Shown in pieces: positions 27,540 through 35,078 of a stretch of 64,000 nucleotides of DNA. Location of the stretch: the NCBI GenBank assembly GCA_963717365.1, contig OY970327.1:11599-75598 (forward strand). Reading direction: 5' to 3'. Origin of the DNA: Candidatus Saccharimonadia bacterium. GTDB lineage: Bacteria > Patescibacteriota > Saccharimonadia > Saccharimonadales > 2-12-FULL-41-12. The position numbers and the translations under genes are program-made. Under the pieces are notes generated by a model. The model saw only the letters and a list, made by a program, of their open reading frames with translations, made no database searches and was not told the origin of the DNA. How positions within the stretch are numbered: position 1 is the stretch's first letter; each line of letters begins with the position of its first letter.

Positions 27540-29711
27540 ATGCATTTTTCACTCACATTCATAGCAATTATTTCCCTCATCAACCTTATCCTGGGCTTGG
27601 TTATCTTCTCGCGTACTCATAAAAAATCGTATGGCTGGTATTTTCCGATCGCCATACTCGGCATAGTTTTGTGGTCTGTCGCGGAAATTCTAATGCTTGG
27701 ATCCCGAGATTCTTCAGTAGTTGAACTTGCCGCCAAGATATTCTATATAGCACCTACTATGATACCGGTAGGGATACTATTGTTTTCGATTGCCTTTCCA
27801 GAGGGAAGTAAAGTGTCCCGTTATATACTCCTGACAGCTTTCGGGGTTGTAGCTAGCTGGACTATTGCGTTATCAATTAACCTGAATTTACTAATCTCAA
27901 ACATCGAAATAACTGAACCACTCAACCGCGTAACTCCTCACACCGGCAGTTTCTTGTTCTATGCTGCTTATTTTTCTATTTTGTTTATGGCTACCTACCT
28001 TATTTTGTACAAGAAATACCAGTTACTAAAAGGTACCCAACGTTCCCAGATCGCCTATACGCTGTTTGGCGTTATTATGTCGAGTGGTTTAGGTATGTTT
28101 ACTAACTTGGCTCTGCCCATACTCGGTGTCTATGGCTATATCTGGCTAGGCCCTGTTTTCACGCTCCTGTATGTCGGCTCAGTTTCATATGCAATTATTA
28201 GACATCGATTATTTGACGTCCGTTTAGTAATAGCCCGTTCAGTAGCATACGTATTGTCGCTCGGGGTTCTTGTGACCGGATATGCTGCCACGACATATTG
28301 GTTAACTGCTAATTTATTCGAAGGATCCAGCGGGTTTATTAAAGATTTTTCGCTGATTGTTTTGCTTGTCATCGCAGCGGTTACCTACTCGCCGATAAAA
28401 TTGTACTTTGATAAACTAACAAACCGCTTGTTCTACCGTGATGCTTACGATCCGCAATCATTTCTTGATGAACTAAACACAGTCCTAGTAGGGAACATCG
28501 AGATTGGTATTTTGCTAAGACATACCTCCCAGGTTATTGAAGATAATCTTAAAGCCCAATATTGCTTCATTAGCATCGGTGAAACAGATGCCGGTCCAGC
28601 CCGGTCAATCGGTAACACCAACCAAAAATTTAGCCAGACCGACCTGCAACTCTCTATGAAACAACTCGACCGTTATGGCCAAAAAGTAGTCATTGTTGAC
28701 GACTTAGAAGCCGGGCAAGAACAACTAAAAACGCTGCTGTTAAAAAATGACGTTGGGGTAGCAGTCCGTTTAGTAGCTAACTTTTACTCAAAAGAACAGA
28801 CTATTGCCTACCTGATGCTTGGCCAAAAAAAGAGCGGCAATGTCTATAACAAACAAGATGTCAGAATCATCGATATTATTGCTGACGAATTATTGATTGC
28901 CATCCAGAACGCCCTGCGGTTTGAGGAAATTCAGGAATTCAACGCTACCTTGCAGAAAAAAGTTAACGATGCCACCAGTAAACTGCAAAAAAGTAATGAA
29001 AAACTAAAGGCCATGGATGAAACAAAAGACGAGTTTATTAGTATGGCTAGTCACCAACTGCGAACACCTCTAACATCGGTAAAAGGTTACTTGAGTATGG
29101 TTCTTGAAGGTGATGCTGGCAAAATCAGCGATAGCCAGCAACAGCTGCTAAACCAGGCCTTCATCAGCTCCCAGCGGATGGTGTACCTGATTGCCGACCT
29201 ACTAAACGTCTCCCGCCTAAAAACGGGTAAATTTGTTATCAATAAAACACCGACTGATCTGGTTGATATGGTAGAAGGGGAGTTGGCTCAGTTAACCGAA
29301 GTGGCCAAGGGACGGAAATTGACACTGACATTCAATAAGCCTGATAATTTTCCGATTCTGGACTTGGACGAAACTAAAACTCGCCAAGTTGTTATGAACT
29401 TTGTCGATAACGCGATTTACTACACGCCAGCCGGCGGAACCATCAAAATTGAACTGCGAACCGACCGCAGCAGTGTTTATTTTATGGTGAAAGACGACGG
29501 TATGGGCGTCCCAAAAACAGAGCAGTCACACCTCTTTACCAAGTTTTATCGCGCTAAAAACGCTCAAAAAGCTCGACCCGATGGTACTGGCCTTGGCCTA
29601 TTTATGGCTAAAAAAGTCATTACCGACCAAGGAGGCAGTATTCTCTTTGAAAGTCTTGAAGGCAAGGGAAGTACCTTTGGCTTTAAGTTCGATAAACCTC
29701 CGTCAAAGTAA
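27540..29711 (+). CDS. sensor histidine kinase with a multi-TM N-terminal sensor domain
   Basis: 723 aa, with about 8 TM helices in the first 290 aa or so. It has a coiled coil, the HisKA H-box FISMASHQLRTPLTSVKGY, and HATPase N/G boxes (DNAIYYTP, DDGMGV, GTGLGL). Confidence 0.9.
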   Translation: MHFSLTFIAIISLINLILGLVIFSRTHKKSYGWYFPIAILGIVLWSVAEILMLGSRDSSVVELAAKIFYIAPTMIPVGILLFSIAFPEGSKVSRYILLTAFGVVASWTIALSINLNLLISNIEITEPLNRVTPHTGSFLFYAAYFSILFMATYLILYKKYQLLKGTQRSQIAYTLFGVIMSSGLGMFTNLALPILGVYGYIWLGPVFTLLYVGSVSYAIIRHRLFDVRLVIARSVAYVLSLGVLVTGYAATTYWLTANLFEGSSGFIKDFSLIVLLVIAAVTYSPIKLYFDKLTNRLFYRDAYDPQSFLDELNTVLVGNIEIGILLRHTSQVIEDNLKAQYCFISIGETDAGPARSIGNTNQKFSQTDLQLSMKQLDRYGQKVVIVDDLEAGQEQLKTLLLKNDVGVAVRLVANFYSKEQTIAYLMLGQKKSGNVYNKQDVRIIDIIADELLIAIQNALRFEEIQEFNATLQKKVNDATSKLQKSNEKLKAMDETKDEFISMASHQLRTPLTSVKGYLSMVLEGDAGKISDSQQQLLNQAFISSQRMVYLIADLLNVSRLKTGKFVINKTPTDLVDMVEGELAQLTEVAKGRKLTLTFNKPDNFPILDLDETKTRQVVMNFVDNAIYYTPAGGTIKIELRTDRSSVYFMVKDDGMGVPKTEQSHLFTKFYRAKNAQKARPDGTGLGLFMAKKVITDQGGSILFESLEGKGSTFGFKFDKPPSK

Positions 29712-29809
29712 TTCTTGTTGAGCTTAAAGCTAAGTCACCTGTCTACCCAGTAATGTCACCAGTGAAGATAACGATTGTAAGAAAAATTACAGTCACTACT
29801 GTTGAATAT

Positions 29810-29830
29810 CCGCATAATGCGGTTTGTATA
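29810..29830 (+). terminator. weak hairpin after the kinase gene
   Basis: ccgca-taa-tgcgg followed by tttgtat. The stem is short and the loop is only 3 nt. Confidence 0.3.
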
Positions 29831-29847
29831 GCATTTATTCAATATTA

Positions 29848-29876
29848 TTGACAAATAATCTCATGTTATATAGTGT
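29848..29876 (+). promoter_or_regulatory. candidate promoter of surface module 1
   Basis: TTGACA at 29848-29853. Possible -10 elements are TATAGT (29869-29874, 15-nt spacer) or TAGTGT (17-nt spacer). Confidence 0.35.
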
Positions 29877-29952
29877 AACAAGAACAGATTATTGGCAGTA
29901 ACGAACAAAGAGGTGTGGGGCAATAGAGAAAAATAACCAGAGGGGAAACATA

Positions 29953-30954
29953 ATGACAGGACAAGGGGAAGTACTAACCGCGCAGGCACGCTTGGAACAA
30001 TTTAGAAATGCACTCAGCAACGCACGGGAAGCAATCTATGGCGGTGTAGCTGTTGCAGCCGCTGTTGCGGTCGGTATGGGATCCGCACCAGAGCAAGCAG
30101 TAGCGCAAGCTGATGTCATGCCAGACCTCGCATTACCTGCTCCCTCCCTTAAAATTACCGCCACCTTTGGTAATAAACAAGCATCGGCCGAGTCTGTCTC
30201 TAACGGTAGTATTACTGTTCTAGAAAATATGCGCGCCAGTGGTACCCCAAAAGCAGCTGTACGAAGAGCTGAAGCAAGGCAAGCTTGCTTCGACGTCGGC
30301 AAGGGTACAGAACATCCTGTCTTCTGGAACAAGGGCCGCAACGTATCCAAAGGCGAAGTCTTCGGTAAAGATACCCGAAAGTCACGCGTATGTAGAATTG
30401 GCGGCAAGCTAATTCGGGTACTCTGCGATAACGAAGTACGTCTTATTGAGCCTTCTAATTCTGTTAAAACTCCAGTGGTTTTCGTAAGAAGTTTTGCCCA
30501 CACTAAACTGCAAGTCAAAGCTAAAGCCTTTGCTGTTGCAAAATGTGAAACTGCCGGTGCCAGCGCCTATGCCGTAGCCGAAGCATCAGCCAGCGGTAGT
30601 GTCTACGCCCGTACCTTTGTAACAGGCAAGGGCCGTGGTAAAACTACCGCCGCAATTGCTGGCGAAGCCAATGGCAAAGCCAGCGCCTTAGCAAAAGTCA
30701 GAGTTTCTTGTAAAGGTGAAGAAGTAGTAATACTGACTAAAAAACCACCCGTACCGATGAAACCACCCTATGTATGCAACCCTGACTTTGAAAACTGTAA
30801 CACTCCGCCGCCACCACCCCCACCACCAAACAATCCACCGCCCCCACCACCTCCACCACCACCGGTAAGTCCACCCCCTCCCCCCCAACCTCCACCACCC
30901 CCAACAATCAAACCGCCGCTAAACCCTGACTGCAACATAGACGTGTGTAACTAA
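29953..30954 (+). CDS. membrane-anchored protein with a C-terminal polyproline stalk ending in a Cys-x4-Cys tail (module 1, protein A1)
   Basis: 333 aa with one hydrophobic segment (GGVAVAAAVAVGMG). The C-terminus reads NTPPPPPPPPNNPPPPPPPPPPVSPPPPPQPPPPPTIKPPLNPDCNIDVCN*. Confidence 0.65.
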   Translation: MTGQGEVLTAQARLEQFRNALSNAREAIYGGVAVAAAVAVGMGSAPEQAVAQADVMPDLALPAPSLKITATFGNKQASAESVSNGSITVLENMRASGTPKAAVRRAEARQACFDVGKGTEHPVFWNKGRNVSKGEVFGKDTRKSRVCRIGGKLIRVLCDNEVRLIEPSNSVKTPVVFVRSFAHTKLQVKAKAFAVAKCETAGASAYAVAEASASGSVYARTFVTGKGRGKTTAAIAGEANGKASALAKVRVSCKGEEVVILTKKPPVPMKPPYVCNPDFENCNTPPPPPPPPNNPPPPPPPPPPVSPPPPPQPPPPPTIKPPLNPDCNIDVCN

Positions 30955-30984
30955 GCGAGATCTTTAGAAAGGAACTCAAAAACT

Positions 30985-31887
30985 ATGAACTCTGTAACTC
31001 ATCTCAAACGAACTCTCGCGGTTACCGCCGCGGCAGTGTTTTTGGCTGCCGCCAGCCTGGCGGGTACGGCTTCAGCTGCCGTACAGTACAACCCAAACGG
31101 GACCTCAACCTCTAAAACGCCGGTTTTTAACCACATCTTTGATGTACCTAACGGTGTGGGCAACGAAGCTGACTTTGTCCGCGTCAAGCCCAAAGCCGGT
31201 GGTAACTCCGATTACGCTAATAACGTAAACGCTGCCTGCGCCGCTAACGAAGTGTATTCCGTCCGAACCTACGTCCACAACGGTGCTGATCCAACCTATA
31301 ACACAGCTGAAGGCGGTGTTGCCATTGCCCATAACGTTGTAGTCGCCATGACCGCGCCGCTAAACACCCCTAACAGCCAGTTTGAGTTCAAGAGTACTAT
31401 TAGTGCCAGTAACGCAGCCAGCGTCTCAGACAACGGCTTCCTAACCTGTAGTAATGGCAAGCAGGTCAAACTGAGTCTGGTACCAAGTTCCGTTCAGACA
31501 TATGCTAAACCACTTGGTTTCCAAACCGCCCCTGACTCATCTGTTAACGGAACCCTTAAAATTGGTAGTCGCACCCAGGGTTCTGGCGATGTCTTCGCCT
31601 GTTGGGACGACCGCGTGATTGTTACCTACGACGTAAAGATTGTCGAAATTCCGGTTACTCCACCCCCACCAGTGACCCCTCCGCCTGTTACTCCACCCCC
31701 GCCAACAACGCCCCCACCAGTGACCCCTCCGCCAACAACGCCACCACCTGCACCTCCGGTCACTATCACACCTAAACCAGCCGAGTTGCCTGCAACTGGC
31801 CCCGCTGGTGTAGCACTGACTGCATTGCTGATAAGTGGCGCTAGTACGCTTGGCTACTACTGGATATCTAGCCGCAAATTGATCTAG
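30985..31887 (+). CDS. LPXTG-type cell-wall-anchored surface protein (module 1, protein B1)
   Basis: 300 aa. It has a signal peptide (AAVFLAAASLAGTASA), a domain of about 190 aa, a PVTPPPP-type Pro/Thr linker, and LPATG plus a hydrophobic segment plus SSRKLI. It is a paralog of 36575..37456. Confidence 0.8.
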   Translation: MNSVTHLKRTLAVTAAAVFLAAASLAGTASAAVQYNPNGTSTSKTPVFNHIFDVPNGVGNEADFVRVKPKAGGNSDYANNVNAACAANEVYSVRTYVHNGADPTYNTAEGGVAIAHNVVVAMTAPLNTPNSQFEFKSTISASNAASVSDNGFLTCSNGKQVKLSLVPSSVQTYAKPLGFQTAPDSSVNGTLKIGSRTQGSGDVFACWDDRVIVTYDVKIVEIPVTPPPPVTPPPVTPPPPTTPPPVTPPPTTPPPAPPVTITPKPAELPATGPAGVALTALLISGASTLGYYWISSRKLI

Positions 31888-31927
31888 CAAAATTGTAGCT
31901 CTCCCGGGATCTCTCGGAAAGAAGAAT

Positions 31928-31960
31928 AAAGAACCCCGTATCTATAACGGGGTTCTTTTA
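31928..31960 (+). terminator. rho-independent terminator after module 1
   Basis: aaagaaccccgt-atctat-acggggttcttt followed by ta. Confidence 0.75.
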
Positions 31961-31997
31961 TGTCGAGGAAAACCCAAAAACATACAGGCCAATATAC

Positions 31998-32026
31998 TTG
32001 ACAAAAAAGAACATCCGTGTTATATT
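31998..32026 (+). promoter_or_regulatory. near-consensus promoter immediately upstream of the vWA-like gene
   Basis: TTGACA (31998-32003), 17 nt, TATATT (32021-32026). The ATG at 32036 is only 9 nt past the -10 element. Confidence 0.5.
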
Positions 32027-32035
32027 GTATACATT

Positions 32036-33019
32036 ATGCCAGCAATTATCGAAACAGCATTAGTCACCGCTCCTTATATAGTAGGAGGCGGTATAACCGG
32101 CGCAGCCCTAGGTGTCTTAGCAGAGAGCAAGGTTCAAAATAGCATTGCCTCTAAGCAACAGCGGTGGAGCGAAGCTAACGGCGAAGTCGCTGAAGCTGTT
32201 ACTGCTCAAACAGAGCCACTGAGACAAAGACTTGGACGATTAGCTGGCCCACTTGCAGTAACACTAGCAATTGCCGGTAGTATTGCTGGCTATGCGGTAG
32301 CACCAGGTGCCTCAGCCGATTCAGAAAAACGTGAAGTTCACGGCTTAGTTGACCGCTCCGGTTTAACTGACCTAAGTTCTGAAGGATCCGAAAAAACCCC
32401 AGCCGACACTATTGATACAGTGGTTGCTGCCTTTGCTAAAAAAGAAGACGTAAAATTTAGTGCGCAAGTGACACAATCCAGTACTATATTTCCATCCGAT
32501 GCAGCCGGCGTACTAAAGATTGATGCCTTAGGTGGTGCCAACATGAAGGAAGCTTTCACTACGGCTAACAGGGAAATAGCGCTAGATAACCAGAATACTA
32601 CAACAGGTCAACCAGCAAACGCTATGGTTGTATTAACCGGCCGGAACAACATCGGTAAAGCCGATGAGGTAATTGAAGAAGCTAATAATACCAATACACA
32701 GGTGTTTGTAGTTACTACCGACGAAAAGATTACCAATGACGCAGAAGCCAGTCTTAAGAAAGTGGCCGAAGGAACCGGCGGCAAAATTTGGGCAAGCAAT
32801 GGCAGTAATGCTGATGAAATTGCCGAAACAGTATCTGAGGCGGTTAGTAATCAGGCAGCACCAGAAAAGGGTACTAAATGGGGCGCGATTATGGCGGCCA
32901 TAGGTACCGTTGCTTATGCAGGCTACCTATTACCGCATCGCCGCAACATGCTGATTAACCGTAATGGATCCCCAATTGCCAGACGATCAAAGAATACAAC
33001 TAAAGAAGGAGAATTATAA
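32036..33019 (+). CDS. two-TM protein with a divergent von Willebrand factor A-like domain
   Basis: 327 aa with TMs near both ends. HGLVDRSGLTD sits where the MIDAS DxSxS motif would be (degenerate). AMVVLTGRNNIG and TQVFVVTTDE resemble the vWA beta-strand pattern. Confidence 0.5.
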   Translation: MPAIIETALVTAPYIVGGGITGAALGVLAESKVQNSIASKQQRWSEANGEVAEAVTAQTEPLRQRLGRLAGPLAVTLAIAGSIAGYAVAPGASADSEKREVHGLVDRSGLTDLSSEGSEKTPADTIDTVVAAFAKKEDVKFSAQVTQSSTIFPSDAAGVLKIDALGGANMKEAFTTANREIALDNQNTTTGQPANAMVVLTGRNNIGKADEVIEEANNTNTQVFVVTTDEKITNDAEASLKKVAEGTGGKIWASNGSNADEIAETVSEAVSNQAAPEKGTKWGAIMAAIGTVAYAGYLLPHRRNMLINRNGSPIARRSKNTTKEGEL

Positions 33020-34113
33020 TGAGACAACCACACATAACCCCCGAAATGACACCAGCTAATGCAAACGGAAATGGCAATGGCCATTACGCACTACACGATG
33101 AATGGGCACATGCACGTACTTTATCAACCAAGTATTACCGAGGAGGTAGTGCGGAATTAGATAAAATCGCCATTGGCGACCGCGAAGCAAAAGATGCCAT
33201 GTTGCTTGCTCCCCCAACCGGTAACGCAACGATGCTAGCTGGTCCTCCAGCAGGCGGTAAAAGTATGCTGGGACGTCACGGTACCCGAGTTATCGGTGGC
33301 GTTGATGCCGAGCATACCGCTTTTGTCCCACCAATGATGGACATGACCCAGCAGCAGTTTGCTGGCGGCGAAGTCCGAACCAAACGAAAAATTGGCAACA
33401 ATCAGTATGAGGAAGAAGTTGTTATTATCGAAGGTATCGTTAAGCCAACTACCCGTAAGATCTTTGGTGACGAAACCCCGCGTCAAAACCCTTATGTACA
33501 AAACTCTTCTTTGTCAGCCATTGAAGAGGGCGTACTGTTAACAAGTCAGGGCGAAGTACCGCTTGACGATCTCGTTGCCTATATTGGTACGATGAACGCC
33601 GCCGATACACGTCAGGGCAGTATTAAGCCAAGCGATGCCTTTGCTGCCCGCCATGGTATTGGTGTGCTAGTTGGAAAAACCATGTCACCTGAGGAGAAAA
33701 AAGCTGCCCTTAGCATGATTGCAAAAGGTCAGTGGAAGGCAGATCCAGAGTCTATGAATGAAGTTATAGATTTGTCTGACTTAAAGCTTATTCGTAAGCT
33801 TATCAACGACCCAGATGCAATTGGGATAGACGATGACGAGGCAGACCACTTATCTGATCTAGCCATCAAAGCCGAAAATTACCTTGAAGATTACACCGGT
33901 GAAGAAGCATGGCGCTTACACAAGCACGCCCTAAAGAATGCCAAAGCACTGACGGCTTTTGCCGGCAAAACGATGGTTGGCGAAGTTCAAATTGAACGAG
34001 GCATTAAGTTCGCCTTGCTTGGACGCGTCGTTATCTTAGCTACCGGCAAACCTGCCGATATTAAAGCAGAAACCGAAGAAGCGGTTAAAACCGTTATCGG
34101 TAAATTAATCTAA
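33019..34113 (+). CDS. divergent MoxR-like AAA+ ATPase
   Basis: 364 aa. Walker A is LAGPPAGGKSML. IFGDETPRQNPYVQNSSLSAIEEG runs parallel to the MoxR DEINRAxPxxQSALLEAMEE region, followed by YIGTMNAAD (sensor region). The start overlaps the upstream stop (TAATG). Confidence 0.6.
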   Translation: MRQPHITPEMTPANANGNGNGHYALHDEWAHARTLSTKYYRGGSAELDKIAIGDREAKDAMLLAPPTGNATMLAGPPAGGKSMLGRHGTRVIGGVDAEHTAFVPPMMDMTQQQFAGGEVRTKRKIGNNQYEEEVVIIEGIVKPTTRKIFGDETPRQNPYVQNSSLSAIEEGVLLTSQGEVPLDDLVAYIGTMNAADTRQGSIKPSDAFAARHGIGVLVGKTMSPEEKKAALSMIAKGQWKADPESMNEVIDLSDLKLIRKLINDPDAIGIDDDEADHLSDLAIKAENYLEDYTGEEAWRLHKHALKNAKALTAFAGKTMVGEVQIERGIKFALLGRVVILATGKPADIKAETEEAVKTVIGKLI

Positions 34114-34145
34114 AACCAGCTTTAAAAAGCAATAAGGGTTATATA

Positions 34146-34970
34146 ATGACTCGTTTTCCTAAAACAGCTGAATCATTCGCAGAACTTGAAGCAAACTACC
34201 GATACAGTTTTGGTATGCACTTTGCAGGTGAAGCCCGAACTGCCGTCCCTGGTTTAACTATGGGCGATGTACCCTTTGACTATGCAATGCACCATCCAGG
34301 CTCAGTAAACCCTTTGTCTGTGATGGGAGTTGCTCTCAAGCAGCCTCACGTAACAAGAGTACTGCCAAATAAACCGGTCCATATTAATATGGTCACTGAC
34401 TTTACTAATCGATCTGAACTGCCCTCTTTTACAAGAGTAAAGCGGAACACTGCCGAGCTAGTTGCAAGCGGGTTAGCAGATGCAATTGAAGGCAGCATTG
34501 GCAACATTGCTTGCCGTCATCTTGTTGGCGAACAGCTCGGCGACGGTGTGATAGATGAATTTATCGAATCGCGGGATCGCTCCAAAGCTCTGTCCGCGGC
34601 CGAGAAGTTATCAAGGAACGGCTTAACAATACTATTAAGCGATTTCCAAGGTGTTGAATTACCTACAGGAAGCTTAAAAGGTGCAATTGCCATAAAGGTA
34701 GACCACTTGTTAGATTACAACATTCCAGAAGATATGGGCACGCGCCCGGTTGCTCCTGACGTCGAGCTAAACACCGATAAACCGTCTGACTTGGCCGTGT
34801 ACAACGCCCAGCTTCAGGAAAAACATGAAGCTATTATGGAAAGTCTGCGCCGCGCTGGAGCTCTGGTAGTTCCCGTGGTGGCTGACCATATTAACCATAA
34901 GCCGTATGGCATAGATATTGCGGACACTGATGAGCGTATTGCGCAAGCGATATTGGCATTACCGCAATAA
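34146..34970 (+). CDS. DUF58-like protein (typical MoxR/vWA partner)
   Basis: 274 aa. The call rests on position after MoxR, the segment GLTMGDVPFDYAMHH, and TILLSDFQG (DUF58/vWA-like strand). The assignment is weak. Confidence 0.4.
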   Translation: MTRFPKTAESFAELEANYRYSFGMHFAGEARTAVPGLTMGDVPFDYAMHHPGSVNPLSVMGVALKQPHVTRVLPNKPVHINMVTDFTNRSELPSFTRVKRNTAELVASGLADAIEGSIGNIACRHLVGEQLGDGVIDEFIESRDRSKALSAAEKLSRNGLTILLSDFQGVELPTGSLKGAIAIKVDHLLDYNIPEDMGTRPVAPDVELNTDKPSDLAVYNAQLQEKHEAIMESLRRAGALVVPVVADHINHKPYGIDIADTDERIAQAILALPQ

Positions 34971-34993
34971 ATATGTTCATGCAGTAAATATAC

Positions 34994-35022
34994 TTGACAA
35001 TAACGAAATAGTTTGATATAAT
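34994..35022 (+). promoter_or_regulatory. consensus promoter of surface module 2
   Basis: TTGACA (34994-34999), 17 nt, TATAAT (35017-35022). It shares the upstream context atatacTTGACA with the promoter at 31998. Confidence 0.6.
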
Positions 35023-35078
35023 ACATAACATACATCCGTAGCAAATAATACGGTGGGAGATATTTAAGGAGAAATTAT

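Noticed and set aside
30036-30518. 160-aa minus-strand ORF inside A1 (similarly 3226..3729 minus, 20619..20972 minus, 41998..42417 minus)
   Set aside because: These are antisense shadows of better-supported genes. They have no RBS or motifs.
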